Positions 23,878 through 38,485 of a stretch of DNA of 64,000 nucleotides are shown here, piece after piece. Position 1 is the first letter of the stretch. Each line of letters begins with the position of its first letter. The translations under genes were made by a program, and so were the position numbers. The notes below the pieces were generated by a model, which did not search any database, had not been told where the DNA came from, and was given only the letters and a program-made list of their open reading frames with translations. The DNA comes from Podarcis filfolensis (taxonomy: Eukaryota): the NCBI GenBank assembly GCA_964270895.1, contig OZ185437.1. One strand, written 5' to 3'.

Positions 23878-26599
23878 GTGTATACCAACTACACTTTTCC
23901 CCTTCTTTTCCTTTCAGCTTAATCAAAACTGTCTTATCAGGAACTTATGTGGGTCAATATCTGTGGCTACACTGACTTTCCATTCATGGCTCCCTTGATG
24001 TACAAGGGATGTATGAATTCATTGTTACAAAGATACTTCATGAACTCTTTCAACAGTTTTCCCACCAAGGACACTGATTTACTATAAAGGAGATCTGACC
24101 TTTGTCTGACTGACCACATTCATGGTCACTCTTCCTACAGGTAACCTTTACCAGTTTTAAGAAGGATCTAGATGAATCTATAAATATGTTCCCATTCTAA
24201 GTATGGCACTCTGACCCATAACATTTAACTTTTCTGTTTCATCGTAGCTGGAGTCTCTGTGTCATGTTTCTCTTATTATATAACTGAATTTATGCTGTGT
24301 TTTCCTGAAGAAAATTTTAGTTTTGTTTAACAGTACCATACTTAGTTTTCCTCTGGGATCTTAAAAGATTTTGTCTTGCACAAAGTCTGTTTAATACACA
24401 ATCAAACCACATTACAGATATGCAGAGGACAAATTGCTCAATAGGTTAAAAAGCCCTCTCTTGAAAACTGAGATACACTGCAGCCCTGGCTCTCCAGTCT
24501 CTCCCATTGACCAGTCAATGACTAGTCAAGATGACGTGACTCTGCCTCTAGCACCAGAATTTATGCTTGTTGGCTGGATGTCAATGTCACATCTTCTCCT
24601 CTTTAAGGAGGGAAGTGCAGAAAAGGGACTGTCCTGCATAGCTTTGTCTACTGTGAACTTATTCTCATGTGCACACCAATGTGTAACTTCAGAGGGGATG
24701 GGCACATCTCAAATGCTGCTATTAGAAAGAAGGGTGAAGCCATGACTCTACTGAGGTAATTTTTTTAAGTGGGGCAGGTGATGAAGAGAATACTAACTAC
24801 ATTCCTAACTGTGAATTCCTGGGCCCCGTAATCCACCTGGATATAAAAACAGGTGTAGCAACAGCAGCAAATGGAGTTTGCCTCCAGTTGAATACTTAAA
24901 TTTACCCCAGAGTAGTTTTGAGAATGAGCATGTAGGCCTCAGAATACCCTCTCATAACTTTGCTGCTGTTTATTTGTTTGGGAAAGACCTAAGCACATGT
25001 TAATCTTTCCATTGACAGGAATGCTTTCGGGGCTGGACACCAAGGTATAAATATTTGCAGATAAATAAGTTAAAGCTGCAGCCCTATGCACAATTATTTG
25101 GGGGTAAGCCCCACTATGTTCAATTAGATTTACTTACAAGTAAACACATATATAGGGCTGTACTGTAAACATACTTACCTTTTAATTAGTTCATTGCCAC
25201 TGCGTTCTGCATAGATCTCATAATTAAAATATGGATTATTATGTATATCTCAGTCCACAATCTGTCAAATTCACGCACTGGCAAAGTAGTCTGGGATTTA
25301 GGCAGATGTACCTGTTTGTAGGATTACAGCCTTAATCCATACTGTCATCATATAGGAATTGAACCCTTATTGTGCAAATGTTCAGGGGGTTTTCAGACCT
25401 TTGATATAAATCTCTTTTCAGAGCAAGAAACAAACACTGTCAAAATGTGAAGAGCAAAAAGAAACTGGTCTAATCGTATTTCAAATACTCCAGTCACCTA
25501 CATTTCAAAAAACATTTTTGCTGTTTAGATGCTTATCCAGAGATTTCAGATGGGAAAACACACAAGCATTCTCCAGAATTTCCATCCTTGTTTTCTAATT
25601 GGATAGTATTCCTCATTAATGATGCTGCTTGAGCCTGGACAGTGCTAATTGTCTATGGTTCCTCACTTGTTTTCCTCTAAATGATCAGTCTTTTGTTCAA
25701 GCTCACAAAGGTTAATTTTTGTTCTCCTCACTGGAGTGTGGCGCACATCCAACTTTTGTTTCATTTCACAAAGAGCTGAGTACAGAAAACCTGGTGTCAC
25801 GTCCCAAGACCAAATTTAAGTTGAAGAACCAAAATGCCCAACCTGTATTCAAAGTTGGCTATTCTACAGTTGCTGACATCTCTTTCAAATGTTCAATTTG
25901 CCAAAGAATTGATGGTTCCACCTAGGCCTTCCAGCAGTCGATGTTTCTTTGAAGCACTCAAGTAGCCACTCTGAGGCAATCAAAACTAGTCTGAAGTAAA
26001 TGGTGGAATGCAGCCTTGCAAATCTAGCATCCCAAACAAATACAAACTAAGTGAGATTCTAGGATTGAACAACCTATCCAAATTCTTCACCAAACTGTAC
26101 ATCTTCCCTGTCACTTGATTGGATTAATTCTCATCAGTTTACAAATTTGCTTAGGTACATTAATGAACATTTGATTACTAGTCACTACCTTGGTAGGATA
26201 TTTGTAGTTTGTTTGTTTGTTTTAAAAAAAATATAATTTGTAATATATTCACGTACATATGAGACAGTAGTTGTCATCATCACTGGGGATTTGACTGGCT
26301 ATTTCATGATTATTTTTTAATCTACTTGTTTCTTTTAGTAGCTGTCATGAACTTAGGATGGTCAAGAATCTCAGCCTCTAAAAAAGAGAGCAAATATTTT
26401 AAAAGTGTAACGCACACACGCCACTTTTCAACATAGTACAAACTTCTGATACGGAATAATGGCTAAGGCTGCAATCAAGAGAGTTCATCCTATTGAACTT
26501 CTTTGGACTTTTCTGAGTAAACATGTATAGGCTTGCATGGTACAATTGTGAGCAAAAAGCCTTCAATTCACATCTAATCTCAGCCACATTATCTCTAGG

Positions 26600-26670
26600 A
26601 GGCCTTAGGCAAGCTACCCTTCTCTCATCCTCAAGCCCCTATCTGAAAAATGGGGATAATAAGTAATGGC
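26600..26670 (+). mobile_element. MIR/CORE-SINE remnant
   Basis: ccttaggcaagcta...cctatctgaaaaatggggataataa resembles the CORE consensus. Confidence 0.55.
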
Positions 26671-26892
26671 AGCCAAAAAAGGGAGGCAGTGCCCCCAAAC
26701 TAATGCTTTAAATGAAGATGTTCAAAATGAATCACATTATCTGCACCCTCGGGTGAATTACCTCCAACTCATCTATGCGGCCATGATATCAAAGACAAAG
26801 AGGTCTACCAGCTAAACTTAATATGGCATCCAAGTTGGAAAGGACACAAAATATTACACACTATTTTACAAGATAATATGAAACGTCCCAAC

Positions 26893-27110
26893 TGTCATGG
26901 CCCCGGACCAGGAATCCTCAGAGGAAAAGTCTTCCAATGATGGCAACCCCGTAAAACAGATGGATCCACTCCCTTGATTGTCCCATTGGAGGTGCAGACC
27001 ATGGAGCCTGCATCTCCTCCTCTAAACCCTAAGGATATCCCTGTAAACCCACAACTTGAAACTCCAAGGAAATGGAGTAGCCAATAGCTGTCCAGATGCA
27101 GCATTCAAAG
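26893..27110. mobile_element. Possible Gypsy LTR fragment
   Basis: Starts tgtcatggccccggaccaggaatcctcagaggaa, resembling lizard LTR starts; no second LTR or TSD seen. Confidence 0.3.
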
Positions 27111-27180
27111 AATGGGGCAACTAGTCAATGAATACTTACCCTAGGCTATAATGATGGTGTGTATTCTGCCTTTGCTACAG

Positions 27181-27219
27181 GATCATCAACTAAAATTCAC
27201 GCTCTAATCCCTCTCCAAG
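27181..27219 (+). CDS. Candidate host-gene exon (GSSTKIHALIPLQ, phase 1-1)
   Basis: Acceptor tctgcctttgctacag; weak donor AAG|gtgctg; 39 nt, open, in phase with 14667 and 57568. Confidence 0.45.
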
Positions 27220-27359
27220 GTGCTGATCTTGGCTTTCCCAGAGTGCTGGAAGGAAAATGTGCTGTATTTGGACTGTTGATTTCATAGGAAGCCACTTTAT
27301 CCCACGTCAGACCATATGTCTGCATTATCCATTACAATTAGAAGAAACTTTCTAGAGCC

Positions 27360-27480
27360 TCAGAAAGAGGTCTTTCACATCACCTCCTACCTGATGTTTT
27401 AAAGTGGAAAGCCCATGGGTGGAACTTGGGATCTTCTGCCTGCAAAGATGTACTCTGGTCCTAAGCTATGGTTCTCCTTT
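27360..27480 (-). mobile_element. Decayed tRNA-derived SINE
   Basis: tggaacttgggatcttctgcctgcaaag...ctaagctatggttctcc resembles a reverse tRNA head; similar at ~38060-38170. Confidence 0.45.
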
Positions 27481-28899
27481 GCGGTAGTCATCTGAAGGTA
27501 GGAAAATGCATCTTTCCAAACAGACTCCACTAAAAGACCAAGAAACACACCAAGATGACTCCAGACCAATTGCTGAAGCAAAAAGCCATAGCAGGCAAGT
27601 TGCATCACTGCTGATTGAACAGGAACTAACATTATAGAAACTACATTCCAGCCCATTCCTCACCAAATTGGTGCTCCAGTGGCACAGGCTAAAAAATAAG
27701 TACCCAATCACAAGCCCCAATAAAGCCATTAATTCTTTAATAACCTGTTGGAGCTGGGTGTGAGCTCTATGATGCAGACATTTATCAGGGCAAATGGGCC
27801 ATGATTCCCTATCTCTTCTAGTAGTTTGAAAATGCTAGTGCAAGATTCCATCAGTTTTACTATAAACCAACCGCTTTGGTTTTATTATAAAATTGTCCCT
27901 TGAGACAGAGTTATCCCCAAAAAACATGTCACAAATAAAGAGCATTAGCCTTTTTAACATGCAGCCTTCTTGTTGGTTTTTCTTGTGTATTTTTTATGGC
28001 TAGTTAATCTCCCTCATTATATTGGCTTAATAGTCCACCATGCCTTTCTGTCAGAAGAGAACCACACAGGGGTTTGTGTTGTTTAATGCTGTACCACAAA
28101 AATATAACTGCCCCCTGCAAAATTATCTCTTACTCTTCTGTCAGAAGAAACAAGGCTGGAATGGCTGGAAACATATTTCTGACTTTGACAGGTCACTGTT
28201 CTCCAGTTTCCTAAATCTGCAGCTTTGTACTGTATATTAGTCCTGCCAGTTATGTAGACTAACTGAGCTTGCATTTAGTTTTCCAAACATTATCTTTGCT
28301 CCATTGCTAGAAGGCTATATTTGGAGGCCTACAGTGTCTTGACTGGTTATTATCCAGTCACAATCACATTTACTCATAGTAAGTCCCAGCAGTCACCAGC
28401 ACAGCCAAACCTGGCAGATTAGTCTGAAGCTGGCTGGCTTGATGAGAGTTGTAGTCTAAAACATCTGGAGGGCATGAGGTTTGGGAAGATTGCTCTAGAA
28501 TGCCCTTGGGCAAGAGAAGTCTTGGGTAGAGAAGATGTGGTCACCTCAAGAGAACTGGGCCAGGGCAGGAAAAAATAGTAGTGGCAGTTACAAAAACTGT
28601 GGATGGTAATCAACAAAGTTTTACTCAGAGGAGATCCACTGAAATAAATGAACGTGATTAAGATAGATCCATCAGGTGGGATTCAACTAATGAGTCCCAT
28701 CAGCAGAAGCCTATACAAGGACTTCTGCTTACACAGTGGGGTTTGCCTGACATTTCCTCCTCCAACACCCCTCAAAATTGGATTTGGGGGTTCAGGAGAA
28801 TCCTGGAACAGTGCACAGGCGGAGCAGAGGGGAGGATCAATGCTTCTGGCATGCTGAACTGCTTGTCCTGACAGAATGATAAACACAGCACAACACTGA

Positions 28900-29245
28900 A
28901 TTCCTCCCAATCTATCAGGTTCTCATTTTGCCAATGTTAAGTTAACAATATCTGTGTGCCTATTTCTCCTAATATACACATTTTTCTATGCAATTTTGTC
29001 TAATGTACATATTTTTTTGCAAAGCAATTTTTGCAAAGCAGTTTCTCCCAATCCAATGCTTTTTCGTATTTTTTCTTGACTTATATGCACCTTTATGGAT
29101 ACTTTGCCCTTGTATATGCATATTTTTGTATGCATCCCTTGACTTACGTGGCTGGAGAACTGCGTTGGCTATGCTTTGATTCGCATGCTGTTGCAGAAAG
29201 TGCAAATTAGGTAGGTCTGCCTTGAAGTGTGAATGGAATTTCTCC
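28900..29245. mobile_element. Old hAT-like element (family of 48414-48850)
   Basis: Shared blocks ctcctaatatacacattttt, ggctggagaactgc, gcaaattaggtagg. Confidence 0.6.
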
Positions 29246-31831
29246 CTGCACCACTAACTCCAGCTGAAGACCCAGGTGAAGTAACTGGGGTCCAGAAGAC
29301 TGGTGTTGCAAATAACTTCTAGATGCCTGAAAGGAAAGGAATACTTACCTGCACCTGCTGTAAGGATAGTTGGTGATAAGAGAGTGAGATGCATTCCTCT
29401 AAACTGGAAGCCCCAGGGTCTGTCTCAAGTGCAGGAAATTGCTTTAGGTCTAACTGGATTGTAACCTTGAAGTCCAATCCTATATGTACGCTTACTTGGA
29501 AGCAAGTCTTATTCAGCTCAATGAGACTCGCTCCAAAGTGTGCACAGGACCACATTGGCTTAACATTAAAGCTGAATTTTGAATCATCTCACTTTGAGCA
29601 TGTGCCCTTCATCACGTTCCAAAAATAAGTCCAAAAATATGGTCATAAGCAATGTGTGGTGTCTGTTTTCCTCTTTTTCTTTTAGAAAGAGAAATCACTT
29701 GGTTAAGAAGTATTGGGTCTATGGATGTCTGAAAGCCAGGAGTAGCAGACCTGTGCGCATCCTATTGGTTCAGCTGCCAATGTATAAAGTGGCAACTCTG
29801 TTAAATTTTTTCCAGTGGTTCAACTTGGAATGGTGTGAGCTAAAGCCTAATAATAATAATACTGCACTGAAGCTGATAGCAGGAAAAGAAACTGGGTTTT
29901 TTCCCATCCCCACTCTTCTTGTAATACTCTCACATTTCTTTTTCATTTCATTTAGCGACAAGAGCTGTGTGTGAATGTTGTTGAGACTGGTCAATCTACT
30001 GCCCATGTGGTGAAATATGGGTGTGCTCTTCATAAACAATGGTGTAAGCTTTTGTCCATGCACCCCCCCAATGATATCATATATATATATATATATATAG
30101 CTAGCTTGGTTAAATCATATTTTTGCATTTTAACCCAAACCTGGTCCTTTTTTTATGGGTGGTAGTTGCAGTTTCAGAAAACTCAAGTGCTAATGAAAAT
30201 CAGACTTCTTTTTTCCATCTAGAGAATTGGTCAAGCTTTGCATGATAAATATTTATTCAAGTAAAGCAGAATAGGCTGGCTATTATTCCAACAGAATTCT
30301 GAATCACTTTCATTGTCAGTTAAGCGCGGGCTCCAAAATCTAACATGGAATTTCAATTATCTAGAACTACCCAAAAATTATAACCTGTCCAAGCAGAACT
30401 CTAGTGTACAAGCTGTGAACTCAGCAAGACAATGACCTGGAATGTGTTGATTTATTTTAATCTTTCTCCACAGCGTGAATGCCCCAAAATGTAATTTAAT
30501 TGTTCTTTAGCAAGAAGACTGAATAAGCAGAGAATGGAAGCCACCTGAAAAGGGTTTTCCTTTCAACTAGTAGATGGGTGGTTTGGGCTAAAATCCCTGT
30601 GGAAGCAAATATGTAAAAATAATAGTTCCCCATGTAGCAAACCTTAGCTACTCTGGGTCTGTTGTCCTGTGGAGAAAGGACATCATGACTCTGCTTTTAT
30701 TATCTAGCTGTGCTCCATGCTGTCTGTTCCTCTATTAATCTCTATGAATATACAGTATTTATAACTAACAAATCTTTCCCTGTGAGCCAGTGGTTGACAT
30801 CATTTCACCAAAGGCAGCCCATAGCTCTGTGTGAGCTGACAACCTAAACTAAATTAAAATCCAAGAAAACAAATCAGAAATGTCACTGGGAAATATAAAA
30901 TCAGTGCATACGTTTACGGCATTTTATCATAGGATAGTGGCACTTCTCCAGAGAGGTGAAGATGCTTGTCTTTTTCGCCATCACCTTTGCTTTTCTCTCC
31001 TGAAAACCACACAGAACCAGTCCTTAAGAATGGATAATTGTCAAAACAGGGTGGGTGTTCTTTTGAAAGGGTTCGCTGTGTATATAACATAATTGTTTGG
31101 CATTTCATATTATGAGATAGCAGCCATGGCCCCGAACTCTCAAGCAGCAACCTTTCCGGAACTTTTATGTGAAAATCACATAAAAGTGAGTGTCTGAACA
31201 ATCCCATTGACGCATCATGTGCATGGGCAACAGACTCAAGCAGCATCAAGCTATATGTTTCATGCTGCTTGGAAACCAAGCCTGGTCACTGACTCATATG
31301 CAAACGTCAGAATAGAGCCTCATTATTGGAGCTATGTGCGAGGAACACATAATGCCTGACCACACCAGGCAGTGTTATCACTCATTCTTTTCCATATGCC
31401 TAGGGAGAATTTAGATAAAAATAAATTAAACACATATGTACATTATGCAAAGAGTGTTCTTGAGCCTTGCTATATTTGGTTCCTGTGATGTGTGTCAAGT
31501 TTTGTAGGCCAAGGATGACACACAGCGATGTGAAGGATGGAAGGAAGCAAAGTAACAGTGACATGGGGTAGGCTTTAATGCAATTGCAGCTTTAAAAGCA
31601 CAAGGAGCTACCGACGGGATGCTGGGTGGCATGCAAATGAGAGGACTAGATAGAGGGTCTGACTGACCACCATATTTGGAACCAACATCTTAGCTAGCAA
31701 TATGGGGCAGTGGCAGAAAAGAGTGTGTCTAAGGCTGCAACCATAAACACACTTACCTGGGAGTGAGCTCCACTGAAAACAAGAGGTCCCGCTTCTTAGA
31801 AATGTAAAGGTTTGCACTGTACATGTATTTA

Positions 31832-32181
31832 GGTAAAGGGACCCCTGACCATTAGATTCAGTCGTGGCCGAGTCTGGGGTTGCGGCGCTCATCTCGCTTT
31901 ATTGGCCAAGGGAGCCGGCATACAGCTTCCGGGTCATGTGGCCAGCATGACTAAGCCACTTCTGGCGAACCAGAGCAGCGTACGGAAACGCCGTTTACCT
32001 TCCCGCTGGAGCAGTACCTATTTATCTACTTGCACTTTGACATGCTTTTGAACTGCTAGGTGGGCAGGAACTGGGACCGAGCGATGGGAGATCGCCCCGT
32101 CGCGGGGATTCAAACCACCGACCTTCTGATCGGCAAGTCCTAGGCTCTGTGGTTTAACCCACAGCGCCACCCGCGTCCCTC
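31832..32181 (-). mobile_element. Full-length Sauria SINE with TSD
   Basis: Complete from the ggtaaagggacccc tail to the gggacgcgggtggcgctgtggg head; 13-bp TSD gtacatgtattta at 31819-31831 and 32182-32194. Confidence 0.96.
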
Positions 32182-32349
32182 GTACATGTATTTACTGCAG
32201 TGTAATTATTCTTCACTTGTGGCATACTTCATTCTACACTGTAAGGTTCACCGGAGGGGGAAGTTGTACAAGATGACCTTTTGATTACTTCCTGTTCCAT
32301 CGTTCCATGAATTTTCTAATGATCCATTTAAAAAGGAAGGTTACTTATT

Positions 32350-32530
32350 TAGGCCCCAGCTGCACGATACATTTAAAGCAGCATCATACCACTTTAAACA
32401 GTCTTAGCTTCCCTCCAAAGAATCATTGAAAATGTGGTTTGTTAAGGCTGCTGAGAGTTGTTAGGAGACTCCTATTCCTCTACAATTCCCAGAGCTCTGG
32501 GGGAAGAGGGACCAAGTGTTAAACCATTCT
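32350..32530. mobile_element. Partial palindromic MITE (catttaaagcagcatcataccactttaaacag family)
   Basis: Resembles a common squamate fold-back repeat as I recall it; only one arm is clear. Confidence 0.5.
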
Positions 32531-34548
32531 GGGAAGGGGTTAATCTAGGGAGGGAGAACACATGGCCCTTGAGATGTTGTTGGCCTCCAACTTCCATCAC
32601 CCCCGGCAAGCATGGCCAACAGGGAGCAATGAAGGAGTTGTCACGCACCAACATCTGGAAGATTACAGGTTAATCACCCCTGGGCTGCAGCATATTCAAC
32701 TGAGTGCTGTAGCATATTCCCAAATCAGGGGTACTCTGCCTTTTATCCTGTGACCTATCTACATGGCGGTAACACCCTCATATGCCTTGTCCCAATTCCC
32801 CAACCAGGCGAATCCTAGACCCAAGGAATTATGGCCTGTGTATAGACAGCATAAGCCAATTGCCCCTGCAATATGCATTGCCCACATGTAGATATAGTCA
32901 TTTGCCTGGGCGTTTTTATACTACCCAACATACAATATACCTATCTCAGGGCAGTTTACAATACAAATGTCAGTCAAGAACAGTAATAAATCTACACTAA
33001 CACCCTTGAAGGGGACGGGCATACAATTAGAACATGGTATGCTTAATTTGCCTAGTTTTATGTCTAGACTTTCCAAGAGCCTAGCATGAACAATACATTG
33101 TGCACATTTAATTCATGCCCTATAATGATTGCCTGCTCCATTGAAAAGATATCTTAAATGTTCCTCATTGTGAAGTTCACCTTGCTTTTTTGAAAAAAGC
33201 TGCCCCTTATATTTGCAGCATTCCACCTGCTCCCAGAGAGTTTCTGGGCTGTTGGATTTTCCATCCATGAGCTGTTCCTCTTTCAGATGGCCATTTATCT
33301 GCATTTTAGATCCTGGAGGTTGAGAGGTATGGCTGAAACTGTGGGGACAAGAATGGCTCAAGTGCCAAAGAGTGGGTGCCATAAATATGAGTTCCTCTCT
33401 GCCAAGTTCCACTAACTCCCTCCTGTGACTCTTTCCAAAATGGAAGCTCCACCTCATTCCCATTTAGTTAGAGCTGGATCTAGCCCTGAATGCTGTGTGG
33501 AGATTTGGCAGCCGGTGGATGTTCATTGTTGTAAATTGCCATCCAGACACAGATGCCAAGAATCAAACTGCGGCCCACAAATCTGTGCTCAAAAGGCCCT
33601 GTCTCTGGCTCTTCTAACTCACTTGGAGCATGAGAAGAGACTCCCAGGGAAGACCTGTTGAAGCTGCACTTGTCAATGTGAACAAATGACCCTCTTGAGC
33701 TGGTCAGAAATTAATAACAAATGAAAAGACAGAAGGTTCAGGCTTGCTTTCCTGTGACTTGTACACTAATCTCATTACCAAAATATTAACATTCATATCT
33801 AATAGCGGTAGGCGACGGTGACAGCTCCATTTTGGGAAGGTATGCTGATCATAATCAGTTGAATTATGTGGTTCCGGTTTCACTGAAATGCATTTAAGCT
33901 TATTTAATGCATATTCTGTTTCACAGTTATCTTCACTACCTCAATATATCGCTTGATTTTGACACTTAAACATCTTTTTCTTTTTTTTTGGAAGGGTGGA
34001 GATCTTGCTGTATGCAAAAGACAAGTGAAATGTGTCCCTTTTTTTGTTTAACCTGATACCCTATGATAGTCTGTCATGCTATTCAGTTTTAGAGCTGTTT
34101 TGTATGAGGCTCCTCATATAATCAGTTTTTAAAACCTCCATTATGTTGTTCACTGAGCTGTAAAGGCACATTTGTGGATGAAACTAGTCAACAGACAAAA
34201 TGCACTGTATCCAAACCAGCCCAACAGAGTGTAGTGAGTGAGCCTGTGGGTTGCTAGTTCTTACTGAGGCCTAATCACTCACCCAGGTCTGACAGAGAAC
34301 AAGAACTGCTACACAAAATTCTACTGCTGATTTGAGAATGTACTCTTTATATCAAAGATGAGGAGGGTACTTTGAGTATGGATACCATTTGCCTTTGCCA
34401 CATCAACACCAATGCTCCATGTTTCTCCAGACCCACAGATATTATTCTCAAACCAATTCAAACAATTTTGCATCATTACCAAGTATATTGATGATATCTA
34501 CAATTAAATTGTATTAACCATCAGTATATTTAAATTTTATGTACTGGA

Positions 34549-34741
34549 CATGGGAGCCAACTCCTAGGAATCAAGGTCCCTTCACACACACACCCCAAAT
34601 ATAATATTTGAGGGGGCTGGGGGGCCCAAAGTTGATGGACATTGCCATTCAAAGGGTGTGTGTGTGCCATGTCTTGTGTTTGATTATGTGGGACAGGCTT
34701 ACCTGGGCCTCCCCAATATTTTATTCAAGTTAGCACCCCTG
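34549..34741. mobile_element. hAT-like MITE with 8-bp TSD
   Basis: TSD gtactgga at 34541-34548 and 34742-34749; ends catgggagccaact and agttagcacccctg. Confidence 0.85.
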
Positions 34742-35500
34742 GTACTGGATGCTTTTGTATAATTTCATAAACTGTGTGTCATCCCCACCCCACCAGTCTA
34801 AAATAAGGTAGGTCTGTGTTGTCGTCTTCATTTTTTGTATGAAAGCAACTTCAGACCTGAGTAAAATGCTGAGACCGAACCTTCACATGTTCATGAACAC
34901 ATTGAGCAGTTTTCAGTGTTTTACCTTTTTTTCCTAGAGAAGTGTGAAGAGTTTGCTCCCAACCCTTCTCTTGGCCACAAATTCTCTGGCTGCTGCTTGG
35001 CAGCTGGCAGGCACACAATCAAACACCTGTGTGCCAGATATGTACAGCTGTATGGGTGACACATGATCCATCTGCAATCCATATCAAATGCCATTGCCAG
35101 TTGCTTTATTCTGGGCGGGTTGAGGGGTGTGTGTGTGGAAGACCACGGCCTCGCTCTGAAAAAAAAAATCACATTTTCCCTTATAATTGATTTCTTCCTC
35201 TCTTTTCATCTCATCATGCTTCTTTGTTCACATTTTGTTTATAAAGTGGCAATTGTGGCCGTGATAAATGTGCTAGTTATATAAAAGCTTGCTCCACATT
35301 ATGCCAGCCAGGGTTTGTCTGCTTAGAATGAGTAATGACTATCTTGCAGAACTATCACTATATGGCTGGTCTGTTGAGTTAGGCTACCTAACTGGATTTT
35401 TACAGTCAAGCAGTGGGGAATGGGGTAGCTGCCTAAAGAGTCTGCCCAAACCTGTGTTTTAGTCACAATTCATTTCAGTTTGACCTGTAACCGTTTCCCC

Positions 35501-35689
35501 ACTCCACTAACCCAGAAATAGTACCTCGGGTTAAGAACTTTGCTTCAGGATAAGAACAGAAATCGTGCTCCGGCGGCGCGGCGGCAGTGGGAGGCCCCAT
35601 TAGCTAAAGTGGTGCTTCAGGTTAAGAACAGTTTCAGGTTAAGTACAGACCTCCAGAATGAATTAAGTTCTTAACCTGAGGTACCACTG
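35501..35689. mobile_element. Tigger-like MITE, one end missing
   Basis: Family interior and right TIR gaggtaccactg|ta present. Confidence 0.88.
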
Positions 35690-38485
35690 TATAGGAAAAC
35701 ATATATAATTATGCTTATATGCTATTTATAGATGTAATCAGGGAGACCAACAATCCATGCCTCATACCTCCCAAGAGACAAATGCCAATCATACCTTCAA
35801 GTCAACTTCTATACCTCTTAGAATAAAAGGTGGGATGCATTTATTTTTTACTACTACTACTATTACTACTACTGTTTTGTTTTTGTTTTTTTACTAAACG
35901 TTCTATCCAACACAGGCATATCCCCAGTGTTAGAAACTGAGATATGAAAGCTAGGAGCTAAATGGCACCTAGGTTATGGGCAAAACCACGGAATGTTTAG
36001 GCACACTTTTTAATAACAAGAATGCAAAGCTGAAAATGAATGAGCTGCAGTTAAAATCTTGTGTTCATTTTTCACATGGTCTAGTCCCCATCTGAAGACT
36101 TCAAAACAGAAAGCCGTTTCCCCTGCCCGCTTCCCCTAATAGTCTTAAGAGGGTCCCTGGGTGGCTGGAAATGGGGAGGCAGAAAAAGCTCCTCCTTTTC
36201 TTCCACTCTGCAGACAAGCCCTGAATTCTCCCTACACCCCCTTTCCTTCATATAAATATATCATTTTGGCACCACAATTAACACATATTAGTGGCCTATA
36301 CAGCTGATGACAGAGACACCCCCCTTGAGTGTCCAGTTCGCAAGCTTAAGGGTCTTTCAATGATTTGTTTTGATTTTCAAAATTTGTTTTGATTATAAGC
36401 ATCACTGTGAGAGTCTAGGGTAGATAACACTTTAACATGCACTACTTAAACCATCATAACTAGTATATTTCAAATTAAAAGCACATCACACATTAAAAGT
36501 ACATTAAACAAGGCAACTAAAATCTAAACAAAACATGCTGGGTTGAAAATAAAATAAAATAAAATTTTCAGGTCCCCAATCCATGCACGTTTTTCTTGGG
36601 AGGAAGCCCCATTGAACTTAGTTCAGATTTACTTCTAAGTAACAGTGGCAATTTTGATCTGAAATCTTAGGCACAGTACTGCACCCAGAGCTCAGAAACT
36701 GCTCGCGTTTATGAAATTCCCTGTCGCAAAACGCGCCTAGAACAATGGGAGTTATGAACGCTGCATATCACTACACCCAAAAATGTGTGGCCCAATACAA
36801 ATTGGTTTTCCTAATTTATATCTTGGATCAGGAAAACAAAAACACTCTGCATGTCTTATGATGGCACCTTTTAGTCTGCATGATTCATATGGGAATATAA
36901 TGTGGTGTTGGGCTTTGAAGGAAACAGGAATATAATTTGGTCCTCTCTTAATCAAGATGATCTTCTGGTATTCAATTTTAATGGGAATAGATTGTGATTG
37001 AAGTAGCAAACACTATGTTACATTTTGGGAAGCTTATAATTAAGAGGACCTTGTTATCCCCATGAATAATTACATTTGCTCCCAAAATCTCCAAATATTA
37101 CTCATGCACTATAAGTTGAAAGAAGTAATAATCATTCTTTTTCTTAGGATGTTTTTTCAACTCCTGCCTCTGGCCCCGAAACAATTTCTTTTTCTTGTGG
37201 TATTAAATAGCTTGTTAAAGTTTCTAGTCGACCACCCAAGAGTATATTATACTTTATTTTTAAGTATTTTCTCCATTGTCTAGTGGGTCTTGAACATCGT
37301 CCTTACGGCAGCCATCTTAGCACCTGAAGCTTTGTTGGATGCTGTCACGCAGAGTGTAATTTACACCTGGTATTGGAAAATCAATATTAAGAGGTTTTAA
37401 TTCCAAAGATTTGGGTTTTCTAATATAAAAGTGAAAATGAATCTCGGCATGATTGCACCAAAAATGTTGCAACAGAGCTGGTCACATGGAGGAAGAGAGG
37501 GACATGGGGAAGAAGTAAGGAGAGAGTCGACACATGATGCGCTCTCGTGTCAAAAGGGCTATCTAGTTAAAGAGAATGGAGTGGCAATTAACTAACATTT
37601 TATAGGCTCATTACAGCGTTCAAGAAAGCAATCTAGTCCAAATGCTGGTGTAAGGGGGGTTCCTTATCATATCAACCAATATAGTTCACATCATGACAGC
37701 CAACTGTATCGCTGAGTTTATATTTGTTGATACTGAGCAGCATCAGCTGGGAACTTCTCCTGCGTAAGCATCAATGAATGAGAACCGCAAATGAGTTCTT
37801 GTGGTGCAGCTCCCTGTCATTTCTTCTTATTTTTCTCTACTTTTCACCAATTGTTATGTTAACAACATATGGAACATATTATTATTATTACATATTATTC
37901 AAATGATTATTACACAATAATATTACAGCATTAGAGAAAAAAATCCATGCTTTGCATATTTCTATCATATTTCAGATTCAGCAAACACACACACACACAC
38001 AGAGGATACTGAGATAGACCATTGGTCCACCTAGCTCAATGTTGTCTACAGCCCATTGATTTGCTGTGGCTCTTCAGAATTTCAGATGAGTATTTCCCAG
38101 CTCTACCTGCCAGGTCTGAATCTGAGATCTTATAGATGTGAAACAGATGCCGTACCACAGAGCTACAGCGCTACACACACATAAAAGATGGATGCAACAC
38201 ATCTACCACTGACTGTCTCTTTTTTCTTCCTTGGTACATATAAACCTAATGGGGTGCATCTGCAGATCCCTGGGGCAAAATTTCTACCCATTGAAGGGGA
38301 GAAAGCGGGAATTTGCTGGTATGCAATTGAATCCCACCCACAAAATAGCAACAGTGTGAAAGCAGCCCAGAGACACCATCATAAAATGGCAGAAATGGAG
38401 CCATACCCCCGTGGAGGGTGTCGGCATGGTTTCTACTGCATAACTGCTGTCAGCAGAAGTGTCCCACTAGACAGGCTGGTGTGTA

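Noticed and set aside
24130-24146. Recursive-splice-like CAG|GTAACC (also 4620-4636)
   Set aside because: Donor is non-optimal and the intron is only ~12 kb; vertebrate recursive sites are typical of much longer introns.
30474-30490. 17-nt micro-exon candidate
   Set aside because: Creates a stop in the host-gene phase.
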